Shown: piece after piece, positions 39,480 to 51,300 of the stretch
Numbering within the stretch: position 1 is the stretch's first letter
Layout of the letters: every line of letters begins with the position of its first letter
From: Raillietiella orientalis
Lineage: Eukaryota
DNA length: 64,000 bases
Assembly: GCA_036172245.1 (NCBI GenBank)
Contig: JAYWIR010000017.1
Coordinates: 3,100,001-3,164,000 of the forward strand
Direction: 5' to 3'
Translations under genes and position numbers: made by a program
The notes under the pieces: generated by a model
The model's database searches: none
The model's input: the letters and a program-made list of their open reading frames with translations, nothing else
Told to the model about the DNA's origin: nothing

Positions 39480-40240
39480 GGGTGTCGAGGACCTATCTGC
39501 TCCAACCGACCGGCCCAACTCGAGAGGAATGCCCGGTGCTCCACGCCTCGTTGGACCTCGTGAATTCTACCTCCCCCCCCTCCTCCTCTCCACCCACGGT
39601 GGGCAGGGGCCGCCGCTTTCTTGCAATCATCCGGCATTAGGGCTGGAACACTATGAGAAGCGGGCATCCATCGCCAGCAGGGATGCCGAGTGCCGGGTTT
39701 TTGTCCGATTTCCAGCAATTCGCCGCCAAGCGTGCGGAAAAGGCCATTTGATTTCTGAAGGATGCGCTGACGGCGGAGAGAGAGGTTCAAGGAAAAAAAA
39801 AAGAAGGAAGAGGAAAAAACGGAGATGGAAGAACGAGATGGGGATGAAAAACTTTTCCGCTGATAGCCGTTGCCAATCGCCGAGCTCTCCATGCCGTACT
39901 GCACGAGATCTACCGCGGAGGGCGACGTCACGATCGGAGATGAGCGCACCACCGACGGGTGGAGACTCAGGGGGTCTTTCTGGGAGCAGACTCCACGCTG
40001 GAGCGGATCAATGGGACAGAGGGGGGAAGGGAGGCAACAGTGCTGGACCTCCCTCGTCTCGTTCGCCAGAGACCCTGACAGGGAGTAGCGAGGCAGGAGG
40101 GAAGCTGGGCAAATATGGCCCGGCACCACGACTCCAGAACAGATCTCTCTATCCTCCGAAGGGCGCTCCCCAGTGCGAACAGAGTCCTTCTTATGCTCTG
40201 GAGAGGGCAATTCCCTAAAGGATGGAAGATTAACACCAGG
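39480..40240 (-). mobile_element. L1/Tx1-like RT-region remnant
   Basis: ORF 39467-40261 contains PLQRGVCSQKDPLSL (like RGVRQGDPLSP) and GGGRIHEV..HRAFLSSWAGRL (like GGLGIxD..AFLxxWxxRL). Confidence 0.5.
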
Positions 40241-40244
40241 TAAC

Positions 40245-40972
40245 GCCGGGACATTTATCATGAGAAATAATAAGAATACATGTGTAGGGCCATCGGCCTC
40301 ACATTGTCCGAAAGTGACCGTTATGCAGACTGGTGAGGTTCACCTCGGCAGCAAAGGGGAGAATAAAAATAAAATAAAAGTCAATAAAAAAGGAAAACTC
40401 TGAGGAGCACGGGAAGGGATCCCTGTCCGCTGGAAGGAGTCCTCTGCATCCTTTCCAGGATGCCTGCTAGTTCCATCCAAGTATGCCCCAGGCGGGGCCA
40501 TCTAGCTACCTTCCACAGGAGGCGCAGGGCGAAGCAGATGGCGTCCCTATCGCGCCGTCCTCCGCTCGCGTGGCTCCGAGACGCCGCAATCCCGCGTGGG
40601 CAGCAGCAAAGAGCTGCCAGGGATGGAACAGACGAAAGGGCATCGCGCTCGAAGAGGCGCTCCATCACGTCCCTGGGATTGTCCGTAGGTGCACGAAGGG
40701 CCGTTGCGTAAGGCAACCACAGGGGCTGGAGGACAACACAGTCTACAAGCAGGTGCGGGGCTGGGATTACCGTTCCCGCACTGCAGCAGTTGGAGTCCAC
40801 TGCACCCCGGGTCCAGTGAGATCGGAGGACGTTTCACGGGAAGTCCGAGTGCAACAGCAGAAGTGCCGACCCCTGCCAATTCAGGGGGAGGGCCCGATTG
40901 TTCTTCCGCGCTAGGAACTATTCGAGGACTTCCTGCGGGATTCCCAGCAGCTCAGCCCAGAGCTATAGTTCT
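40245..40972 (-). mobile_element. Second copy of the L1/Tx1-like 3' end
   Basis: Direct dispersed repeat of 333-1078, sharing for example RRRAKQMASLSRRPPLAWLR in the plus-strand ORFs. The minus frame gives NCCSAGTVIPAPHLLVDCVVLQPLW, a knuckle remnant. Confidence 0.7.
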
Positions 40973-42826
40973 TTCGCAATAAAGGAGGGAAGGGGAGTTC
41001 CAGCACCAGGCTACGGTCGGCTCCACTTGTATAGCTGGAGGGAAGCCCCGGAGCGAACCATCACCATGCACGGGCGCCAACGCGGGCATGCAGCCTCCGC
41101 TGCTCTGAAGGCCTTTGCGTTGTCGCAGCATCTCCGGGATCTGGGGGTTGAGGGAATTCACGGTTCCAAAAGGGCAAGAGAGGATTGCTGTGCTCAAACC
41201 TGCTGTGTTCCCGAGACGCGTCCTAGAAACATCGAGCTGGTCGCCAGCCATCATGGAAGAACCTCCGAGAGTTTCAGGAAGGGTCGAAGAGGCAAGGCGG
41301 AGGACGTTAAGACGGCGAAAACTCTCCTGATTCATCCCTTTGCACCATCCTCTTCCTGGCGCCACCCCACGTACAAAAACCTTGCGTGAAGAAGAGAATC
41401 AAAGGGGAGGCTCGTCTTCGGGTACAGGACTGGTCCTTACCTGAAGAGTGTACTGTACGTAAGCACCTGTCCACGAGAACTCCACGGAAAGACATCCACT
41501 CGGCCTCCCCCTTCAACCTCGAGTTCGTTCCGGAGGTGTTCTGAGCGGTGTATTGATGGACTCATCCGCGCTCATCCATCCCTAACCGGAAGTGACTGCA
41601 TCCCTCCGATCCGAGAGCGACCGAAACCTTTCCCGAGCGGTGGACCGGGAGCGGAGACTGGAAGGAAGGGTGGAACAGCAGCCTCCGTAAGGTTCGAGAG
41701 CGGCGCAGAAGGACAAAAAAAAACGGGGGGGATTTCTGGACTCCGCGAGCGCGGGCTTCGTAAGCGGACAGATCCCTGCGGGCGAAGACTCCAGAGTCCT
41801 TGCCGAGAGGAGAGTTCCAAAGGCATCTTCGGCGCGCTGCGGCTCCGACAGCAGAGGCGGTGGCTTACTGAACTCCTGAGTCATCGCTGCCACGAGCCCT
41901 CTGCCACTCGATCCCTCCTCCCTGCCCCTCCTGCCCTCGGTGACTCCCGTTCCTGCGGTCCCCTCGCCCGATGCAGGGGAGTCCAGCTTGATATGAGGAT
42001 GACCTGAAACTGTCGTCGAGCTCCTGTCACAACTAGGGACGGGCTGGGGAAATGGGGTTGGTTGCTCCTGGCAACCGCGCTACGCGCCGAGAGCATCCGA
42101 GACGCCCTTGCGAGATGATCCGGAGAGTGAGGTCACGAGTACCGCCTGCCATCACCCGCTGAGCCAAGTGGACGCCTGTGCACCGAGGAAAGCGAGGAGG
42201 ACCGCCCCTCGGATTTGCTGGTACGTGCGCCTTCGCTCGGAAGGTGGCGCGTCCACCCATCCGCCTTGCTAACCAGGAGCCTCCTGGCAGAGGAGACTTC
42301 CGCTCGTGCCTTTGGGTCGAGGTGCACTCTCCGTGCCCACCTTCCGTTACGAGGTGGAAGCAGTGGCGCGGAATCGCTTCTTCCAAAAGGGAGGAGTCCT
42401 CTCTCTCACCACGAAAAAAGAAACTCATCTGAATAGGTTCGTCGCAGCAGCTTGCCTTCCGAAAAACAGTGACATCTCTGAATGTCCTCTGGCCTTTTCC
42501 CTTCCTGTCAGCAGCCTGGTACAGTGTGCAGCTTGGTACAAATCGAATCTTTCCCAAATGCATCGCTAATGAGTGGCTCGAGGAGCGACGTGCCCTTGCA
42601 TCGTGAAGAAGACACCGTGCGAGGTGTTTTTCAGGTGCATCTTGGGTGTCTGCTTCGAAAGCAGTGCACACAATGTTTCTTCTCTTCCTGTGCTGGTGCT
42701 GATTTTGCGTCGCCTGGTTGGTATAGTGAGGATTCTCTTGCTTGCAGGACAACATCAGTTGCTGTAGCCTTTACGAAGCGATTTCAACTCTGGCTTTTTC
42801 CTTGCCTCCAGGATGTCACCATAAAC

Positions 42827-42958
42827 GTCGAGGTGTCAGACATGCCATGTGCTCCACCGAGAGGTCACCATGCACCTGACGCCGAGGTTCCAGGAACCGT
42901 ATGTGCTCCACCAAGAAGTCATCATGCACGCCGAGGTGCCAGACACGCCATGTGCTTC
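42827..42958. repeat. Minisatellite, about 2.5 copies of a roughly 50-bp unit
   Basis: The unit g.cgaggt..cag....c.atgtgctccacc.aga.gtca.catgcac recurs in tandem. Confidence 0.7.
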
Positions 42959-44259
42959 AAATCGTGCGTCTTTTTCCCTTGTTCAATAACGCGCGTTTAT
43001 GGCGTTTGACTCTATACAGGTAAATGCGTGATGCTGCATGATAGTGCGCAAGGTTTCTCAGAGAAGCCATCACCCAAATTTACTTGCATTTTCCCGCTTA
43101 TTACTACTGTTTTGCTTATACTATTGCAGATCACAGGTCCCCGGCTGGCAGTTGCTTTCAAAAAAAAAAGAATTGAAATCTGGTCCACGCTCCAGCTGCT
43201 GTTTACTCTTTCGTTCAGATTGGAGCAGCCACCCATTTGCATCAGCGCCCGATTGGTCAGTTCGGATTCGGACGGAATTTTCATCCGATTTTCATTCATT
43301 CGCTTCCCTTTGAGGCACGAGCGGAGGGATAAGCGTCTGGAAAAGATGCACTCGGAGGGTCCACCGCGCGCGCGCGCGATGCCGTCGGGCATTTCCAGCA
43401 GAAAAAGCTGCCTGACCAATCGGGCGCAGGAGGGGCGGTGGAGGCGAGCGAAGGAGCTGGTGCCACGGAGCGGAGGAGAACAGGGCGTCTTCCATCCCTC
43501 ACCGCGCAAGCGCAGCGCGGTTTTCTTGAAACCGGCGGCTCATTGAAAAATGGCCGCTGCTCTTGGGAGATTGCTCTTGAGACAGCGCGACGCATCTCTC
43601 CCTTCAATCCCGGGAACTGATCCTGGGCTAAGAGACGCTGCGGAGGGTGTATCTTTCTCGTCTGGAGCGGTGGCGCCTCCCGAAGAGCTGTTCTTTGAGA
43701 CTCTGTGCTCTTCCTTCACCGGATCTGGGACGCTGCGGTCCACGTCCGCGCGGAGATCGGTGGACGAGCTCAGGGGAAACGGGCTGCCGATCTGGGCAGC
43801 GAGGCTTCGGCATCTTCTGGACCATGGGAAGACACGCGGCCGCTCACCCTCGGGATGCAGCAAAAGGTGCTCTAAGCGGGACAGAGGCGTTCTCCCATCA
43901 GAACGCGCCTCCTGGGAGGGCCGCAGTTCGTGGGAACGCGCGCTTCACCTCCGAAAATCGAGATTTTCCCTTCCCCTCTGCGGGAGGGGAAGGGAGCTCC
44001 TGGAAGTGAACGAAAACGAGAGCCGTTCTCTCCGCGCAGGTATCTTCATGGCGATGGTTGGCTTGCCTTGAGACGCCGTGCTCCTGTGGGAAGGCAGCTC
44101 ACCTACTCTGCTGTTCTCCTCTCCTCCATCCTCCCCCCCGGAACCCGTCGGCAATCCCGTCAGACGGGGAGATTTTCACCGTTCTCGGGTCTGCTGGTGT
44201 GTGAAATCCCCTTGCTTTTTGCTAGGGACGGAACCGGCTAAAGGAACCTCCCTCCCCGG

Positions 44260-44390
44260 ACTCGCTATTGGTTGCTCGCTCGGCAGGCGATCCGCTATTG
44301 GTCGGGCACGGGAACCCCACGTTCCAGCTGAGAGACGCGGCGCGCGCTCTCCCTCAGCCGCGCGCGGCGGCTGCTACAAAAAGCGGCACT
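44260..44390 (+). promoter_or_regulatory. Candidate goosecoid proximal promoter
   Basis: Two cgctATTGGt reverse CCAAT boxes exactly 30 bp apart (44267-44271 and 44297-44301) and a TATA-like TACAAAAAG at 44375-44383, about 50 nt before the ATG. Confidence 0.5.
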
Positions 44391-44428
44391 CCCGGGCGGC
44401 TGCCGGGAGGGAATCTGCGCGCCGCACC

Positions 44429-47400
44429 ATGAGCGTGTGGCACGAACACCTACTGCCGGTTGGGCCCCACGTGCAGTGCCTGTCCGCCCCCGTCCCTTGC
44501 CTCCTCCCCCCACCGTCCATCAAGCCGTTCGTGGGAGCCTTGCACGATCCCCGCCGCTCCCACTTTTCCCGGACGGCAGCGAGCTCCCTGAGGGCATCTC
44601 CGCCGCTGCCCTTCACCATCGAGAACATTCTGGCGTCGAAACCCGTGGGGAAGTCCCACTTTTCGATGGCGGTACCCCTGGGAACGCTGCCGCTCTCCGT
44701 GCCGTACTACGGTGAGTCCACGCAAAGAGGGCGGGGCGGAGTCCCGGTGCGCAGACTCGCAGTGACCTCTGTACTGCCTGGGGGGAGGGGGGAGGGAAAT
44801 CAAGTCTCCCCCTTCCCTCCCTCCCCCTCCAGCAGAAAGTCGCGCCCGCGAGGTCGCGGGGCTACCTTCCCAGAGGACCGATTCTCCCGTGGGAGTCACG
44901 CGGAGTGTGGCGAGTCGATGCCGCGCTGCAAGGACGTCTCCACGGCAACGGACGCTGCACCTTCCGGCCGGTGGCACTTCGGGACTGGACGGAGGCGCAC
45001 GGCGGAGAACCGACACGGCCCTTGCCCGTGATACCGCAGCTTCGAGCGCTCGCGCGCGCGCGTGCCCGGACGGTCTCTGCAGCGTCGGACGTCTCTACGG
45101 CAACGGACGCGGTGCCTTCGGCCGGTGGCTCTCCGGTCCTAGACGGAGGCGCACAACAGAGGCCCGCGGCGGCCCTTGCCCGTGGTACCGAAGTTTCGAG
45201 AGCTCGCGCGTTCTCGGGCAGTTGTCGCAGCGGCGTCCCTTGGTCGGCAGAAACTGGGCGGGCATCCCTTCCGGCTGCCCCTCCGTAACGTTCCACATCC
45301 GCTTCTCACCGACGCAGGAGGCATGGCCGTTTTCACCTCTGCCTTTTTTCTCCCTTTTCCCCCTATAGTGAACCCAGTCCTGTTCCCGGGATGCCTCGGC
45401 CCTCTGACGGCAGGCGGCGGCCATCTTTACCCCGGGTGCCCGTCGACCACCTGCGGGAGCAAAAGAAAGAGGAGGCATCGGACCATCTTCACGGAGGAGC
45501 AAATCGAGAAGCTCGAGGGCACCTTCCGACAGACCCATTACCCCGACGTCTCCTTGAGGGAGCAGCTGGCCCTCCAGGTGGAACTGAAGGAGGAAAGAGT
45601 GGAGGTTAGTTGGCGGGCGTCCGCCGGACGAGGGGTCTCTGGGCGGGAACGACGCTTCGGGTCGGGAGAAGCAGGGAATTCCAGACCTGTCAAGATCCCC
45701 CCTCCAGGGGGGATCTTGACAGGTCCAGTCCTGCGGCGGGGGAGAATGCGCTTGCGCTCCATTGCTGGGAGAACGGGGGATCCAGCAACGCCGCAGTCGG
45801 AGGCAACTAGCGAGCGTGCAAGGGGGTGGGAAGCTACGAACATGTCAACTGCTGCTATCCCTTGGCGAGAGGGTGTATTCGGACCCTGCGACCAGGGATC
45901 CAGGGCAAACAATGCGCTTCTGCTTCTTCGAGCCGTCCGCAGCGCCGCCGCACTTTGAGCTCGCGCCGCGGCAGCGGCCGCGTGACCGCGCGGGAACGGA
46001 GCGCTGATGATGGGGACGAGGACAGAAAGGACAGTAAGGGGGGCAGACGGAGAATAAAGGGAAGGAGAGAAGGATCGGGATGCAGAGTCAGGAATGTCGC
46101 CGTTCAACCGCTAGGCGGTGGAAGCTTCACGGGTTGCTCCCCCCCCTCGTCGGCTAACTCGAGCGACCTCGTTGGGAACCTCCCAGCGTTCTGCTACAGA
46201 GGAAGAGGCCGTGACCTCAGCGGGTCCCCCGAGACTCCGTTGGTACACGTCCAACTCCGTGCGAAGAGCGGATAAAAACGGAAAAACAAAACAAACGAAA
46301 AAAAAATGGAGTGAGTTGGGAGTATCCACAAGATTTCCCTAACCATTCCACTCTCCTCGTCTGGTATAGATCGCGGCTGCTGCGCGTCCTCATCTCACCA
46401 CGCCGCGGAGGCTACCGGTTTCCGCCATGCAGGGTGCCGGACCGACCAAGACCTCCCGCGAGAAGAGTCCAGGATTTGCGCGCGCCTTCCCCTCTGCCAC
46501 CCGTCCACCACCCCCAGAGGTGCGAAGGGTAATCCGCATGGATCTCCGCTGCTCCCCAAGCAGCTCCTACCGTCTCTGATGAGGGCGGCGGGCGTGCTCT
46601 GCTCGTTGGATCACCTTCTTTTCCTCGTTCTTCCCGGTGGTCGCCGGGCAGCTGGACTGCCTGTGTCCCTCCTGCACTCCGCGTGGGTCCTCTGGCCTCC
46701 CAGCTACCAAATGGACCGGGAAGGCGCCTTCGATCAGGAAAGCGCGGACGAAACCTCCCCTCTCTTGACGGCCATTTTTTTTTTTTTCCCCCTTGTTCCT
46801 TTTCCCCCTTCCCTTTCGTCACGGATGAGAGCCCCTGCCGGGTCGCGCAGTGGGCGCAGGCAGGGCGGAGCAGATGCAGGATGGCACCTCCTCACCTCCC
46901 GCCAGCGCAGTTCCTCTGCTTTCTGTCGGTCCATCGGCTCACGAGCCCGTCGGAGGGCGGGAAGATACCCGGGTGAAAGGCGCTGGATGGCGCGGATCCT
47001 CCCGTAGAAACCAAACTCCACCTCCCTTCAGGGACCCCTTTCCCAGGAAGCGCAAAGCCCCCGTTTCCATCGCGCTCGCAGGGATGCTGCGCTCCAATTG
47101 CCAGGGTTTTCTCTCTTCTTACCCCTCCCCCTCCTCCCTGGACGGAACCCAAAGGTCTCGCGGAACTGCTGCCACAGCTATGAGAGAGCATCCTTTTTCC
47201 TTATCCTCTTCTTCCTCCTCCCCCTACACCTTCTCGCCTACTCATCGCGTCCGCGAAACGAGCTGCGCGCGGCAGACTCGGCTCTGGACCAGAAAGCCCC
47301 CCGCTTCCGCCTCTCCGCGGGATCCCGAGAGGAGACAAACGAACCCGAGGAGGCGCCGAAATTAATTTCGGATCCAGCGATCCTCCTAATCCGCAAGAGG

Positions 47401-47745
47401 CTGCTCTCGTGGCCACGGGGCCGCCCCGCCCCCTCCCCTGTCGTGCTAATCAGTTCTTTCAGAGCTCGTTGCTCCGCGGCGGCGGCGGAGCGGCTGCTGA
47501 CAGATCCTTCCGCGGGGAAACAAAAGAGGCGGCGGGCTGCTTTTCACCGCTCCTCCTCTCTCCAGGTCTGGTTCAAGAACCGTCGGGCCAAGTGGAGGAA
47601 GACTAGGAAGGAATTGCGGGAGAGGCAGGAGGAGGAAGAGAAGTCCCGCTGCGGACCTGATGAGACCAATCTACGCGCCGGCCGCTCCCCTGCGGTCCTC
47701 CGGCCGGACTCATCCGCGAGCAACCGCCCCCCGCCTTCCCAGTAG
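44429..47745 (+). CDS. gsc: Goosecoid, PRD-class K50 homeodomain repressor, 3 exons, 232 aa
   Basis: Exons 44429-44711, 45369-45604 and 47566-47745 have GT-AG junctions and total 699 nt in frame. The protein has the eh1/GEH motif FTIENIL and the homeodomain [58 protein letters not shown], with Lys50 and the typical PRD-class intron just before VWF. The start codon choice rests on the gcaccATG context and the upstream promoter motifs. Confidence 0.95.
44932..45210. repeat. Diverged tandem duplication (about 156-bp period) in gsc intron 1
   Basis: ggacgtctc.acggcaacggacgc...ggccggtggc...gacggaggcgcac...cggcccttgcccgtg.taccg.ag.ttcgag.gctcgcgcg begins at 44932 and again at 45088. Confidence 0.85.
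45684..45725. repeat. Perfect inverted repeat (hairpin) in gsc intron 2
   Basis: gacctgtcaagatcccccc-tcca-ggggggatcttgacaggtc: perfect 19-bp arms with a 4-nt spacer. Confidence 0.95.
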
Positions 47746-47948
47746 CCCACGGTGGCAGGCGAGTAACCCCACCGGAGCGTGGAGTTGGTTCCAGCTGGTC
47801 ACTGGAGGTCGCTCCGGGCCTCGCAAGCGCCAGATGGGCTCCCCGACGGTCCGGGGAGAGTCCCCTCTTCTCCGCGAGTCCCCTCTTCCTCCTCCCCAGC
47901 TTGCCGTCCCAGCGCTGGGAGATCCCGCGCGGGATTTCAAAATGAGCC

Positions 47949-47954
47949 AATAAA
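47949..47954 (+). terminator. Candidate polyadenylation signal of gsc
   Basis: AATAAA about 200 nt after the stop codon, in otherwise GC-rich sequence. Confidence 0.6.
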
Positions 47955-49469
47955 TCGGTCCAGAGCTCTCCGCCGACCTCCAGGGCAACAGGGAGGAGCT
48001 GCAGGAGGGCAGATTCTCCCTCTAGGCGCAGGGGACGGGCGGCGGCAGTCGACTCGCCCTCCCGGAAGCCGGATGACCGCAACGAGGGCTACTGAGCGGA
48101 CGGGAATGGCACGGAGCCATATTGAGGCCGGGACGCCTCGCTGATCAGAACGGGGGCTTCCTGGAGACGACGGGGTCCGCGGCCCCTGAATATCAGGAGC
48201 ACCTCCTGGCGGCAGCGGCATTTTCGGGAAGGTCAGTGAGCTTCCTCTGCAGGGCGGCGGCGTTGCCAAATCCACGAGAGGAGCCCAGACGTTTCTGAGA
48301 ATGGCTTGAAGTCTACTGGCAGCAGGGCCTGTGGGCTGTCACCTCCTCCGTCGACGAGGGTCGCGCATCCCGACGGGTCCTTCATCCTTAGATGCCCTGG
48401 AGGCACCTCTCTTCGGGCGTTCCGTGACCTCCGACGGGGGAGGAGGAAAGGACAGAACCAGGACAGCTCCTCGACAGACTCCCAGATCCTTGTCCGCGAA
48501 ACGACGGGAAGCCCAAGGGACGCTCAGGACATCCACTGGATCCCCACTGCCTGCAGCGGTGTCTGCCCGCCAAGCGCGCGAGGTATCCTTCCCGACGCTT
48601 CCCTCGGGACGCGTCCTTAGAGGATCCACCTGGATGCTGCTACCAGGGAGTCTAGGAACTAAGGGGGAAGGGCGACACCGAGGAACTGCTCTTCCTGCAT
48701 CCCCTTCAACGCCAGCGGCTTTGGAGGGCGGCATCACTCCGAGTTGACCCTGCTGAGAAAACGCGAGCGACCTGCCTCTTTTTTCCCGGGATGAGATCCC
48801 TCCTCCTCACGCTCCTCGATACGCACATGTACATCTCCTGTACGTTAAGAGACGTCACCCGAAATCTTTGCTGCTGGGGTGTCGTCCATCCCCGTGCGGA
48901 CAGACCCCCCGGCGTCGATTCGCTCCGTCTGCAGGCAGACCTTTTCACCACTGCCTCGAAATCAACCGCGGGCGTGTTCAAAGAGCGCATGGCAGAGGGA
49001 ACGGATGTGAGCGACATCTCTCGGGGTGCGCGCGCGCACATGGGGCAAGGCCGACCGGCAGCAAGGGCCCGGCATCCCGCAGAAACTCCCGGACACTTCC
49101 CCCGCTCCTCCGGCCCGCCGGCGGCGTCACAACACGCGTCCAGACCCGCCCGCGTCGACGCGCTGCGACGTCTGCGTCACGGGAAAATCGCAGCCTTCAC
49201 GGCTGATAGAGCAGCGGCCCACAGGGCCAGCGAAAGACAAAGGAATGCCTCGAACGACTGTGGTGATGCGCGCCGACAAAGGAAGGGTCCACCGGGCTCA
49301 GCTTCCAGACGAGAGGGCCGTCTTGCCGCTGGTCGGCGAAACCTCCTGGATTAAAACAACCATCAAGTGGGCCGCCACGCACACTCGGATCCGCCGGAGC
49401 AGCAACTATCGCCCTGGAGATCCCTCCTTCTGCGGATTCCCGGAGGGAGACGGGAGCTAGACTCCCGGA

Positions 49470-49900
49470 GGCCGTGTGGTTGTGGTCCCCGAGCGTGGCA
49501 CCGAGAGTCGCGGTTTTGAATCCCGTCCGGTTGGGGGGGAGGGGGAAGGGAAAGAATCGACACCGAGCAGCGGAGGGTGCGTCATGGACTTCGAGTCTCC
49601 CCCGCAAGATGACGCTGGGTTGGTCTATGGACTTCGGGTGCGGCGGCACCAGTGGAAGCTGGAAAACCCCCGATGAGTGAGATCGGGATCGGGAGTTCCA
49701 GGAATCCAGGAGTCAGTTCCCTTCGGGGTTCCCCCTTCTTCGAGGAGGAGCTCGTTGCCGTGGGGCTGGTTGATGCCCCTTCTCGGGGACGTACCTTTCC
49801 AGAGCGTCAAGAAGTGCCCTTCAGGGAAAGTTGGGAAGCGTCCCTTCGGGGTTCTCTTCGGGGGAGGAATTCCAGGAGCGGATCTCTTTCCGGGGAAGAA
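49470..49900 (+). mobile_element. tRNA-derived SINE copy
   Basis: ggccgtgtggttgtggtccc...gcggttttgaatcccg...gaatcgacaccgag...gtcatggacttcgagtc...gaagctggaaaacc...ggagtcagttcccttcggggttcccc...ccaggagcggatc is colinear with 38745-39170. Confidence 0.75.
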
Positions 49901-50739
49901 ACAATGGAGGAAGGCGAAGAGCACGCCTCCTGTTGCTGGATTTCCGTTCGCGATTTTCGCCGCGACAGAAACTCCCGCCGTCTGCACCCCGGAGGGATGT
50001 TTTTTTTTTTCTTTTTTCTGTTCGTCCTCTCCCCCCTTCCCCGCCCGATTTCGTCCCCCGGATCATCCCCCGTCTGGGGACCAAGGGCAACGCCTAGGAC
50101 GCGTCTTCCCTCGGGAAGGGATTCCCCCTAGCTGGCACGCAGCTTGGGATTTTCGCCGCGCGGTGGGAAGGCGTCGTCCCGTATCGGCGCATGCGTGAGG
50201 CGAGACGAGGCAGAGTCCGGAGCGGGGAAAAGTTGCGTCCTTCTGGTTCCCATACTTGTCACAACAAACCTCTTTAAGTTAGAAGGGGGGGGTGGGGAAG
50301 GGGGCACGTTCCTCTGAGGTTTCCTGGGAAAGGGAGGATGACAGTGTTTGCGCGTAACTGTCCTGCGGGGAAGCTATTCAAATAATCGTTCCCCTCTCGC
50401 TCCCGCACCAACGAAACCTTGACAACGGATTCAATTAACGAGAGATATGTTTGCTCTGCGCTACCTGAAGTGGGATGGGTGTCAGGCTCGCAGATGGGCT
50501 GAAGGTTACTCGCGGCAGCAAGCGGCGTGTCACCTCCCACAAAACAGCGCGGCCTGGGGCACGGGTTTGCATTGGGGACCGCGGTCACCTGCCCGCCTGT
50601 TTGCTACGCATGCATTTCCGTTTCCAAGCGTCTCCGTCCACTCTTTCGATGACCCTTCCGCCAGCCACAGGCGCCTTCCGATTCCTTGCCCGGGGAGAGC
50701 CCGCGTAGCGTCCCTCATGACCTCCGACCCCTCCGGCTG

Positions 50740-51300
50740 TTTTCGAAGATTTCCGGAAACGCCGGATCGGCCCGCAGGGCGGAGGAGCTTGGACTCCCGG
50801 GATAGCGGCGACCGGAGGTCCTCGCCCTGACCGAGAGATCTGTTCGCAGATCGAGCTCTTTCGCCAGCGCTGCAATGGTTGCCTCGGCGATGCGCCTGCC
50901 CACTGGCTTGCCGACACCTGCGACCATACTTTGCGACCGCCCTCGCCCGAGAATTATTTTGGCGGGTGAGAGCGAAGCCCTCGAGAGTCGCGTGCTCGAG
51001 ATGTTGAAAGCGCCGAAGAGCGCGGGTGACGAGCCTCGACTTCTTGGAGCTTCCGACGGAAGGATGGCTCCACTTCCCGGTTGGCCTTTGCCTCCCTCCC
51101 GGGCAAGGGCGCCGAGTGGCAGGCTTCTCCTGAACGCTGGTTTCTGGCCCGGAATTTCCTGTCGTGTTTTCAGAACCCTTGGTCGTCCTGCACATACGCC
51201 TCGAGGGAGGTCGCACGCACCCGCTGTCTCTCTGCCACGTATGTTTCGTGAGCCACCGACGAAGAGACGGGAGCTCGCCCTTAGTGCGCCCATCTCTTCG
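50740..51300 (-). mobile_element. Possible pogo/Tigger (CENP-B-type HTH) transposase N-terminal remnant
   Basis: PSLRRWLTKH..KKSRL...FQHLEHATLEGFALTRQNN, then a frameshift to IAEATIAALAKELDL, resembling HTH_psq followed by the CENP-B HTH (LExALxxWFxxxRxxN...ALELAKELG). Confidence 0.3.

Noticed and set aside
44078..45031. 317-aa ORF as a single-exon gene or a longer gsc N-terminus
   Set aside because: It starts at a non-ATG codon, spans the promoter motifs and reads through the strong GTGAGT donor at 44712. Only 44429-44711 is supported as an exon.
50800..51060. IAALAKELDL read as a second homeobox (helix 2)
   Set aside because: There is no WFxNRR helix and the spacing does not fit. It is better explained as a pogo/CENP-B HTH relic or chance.
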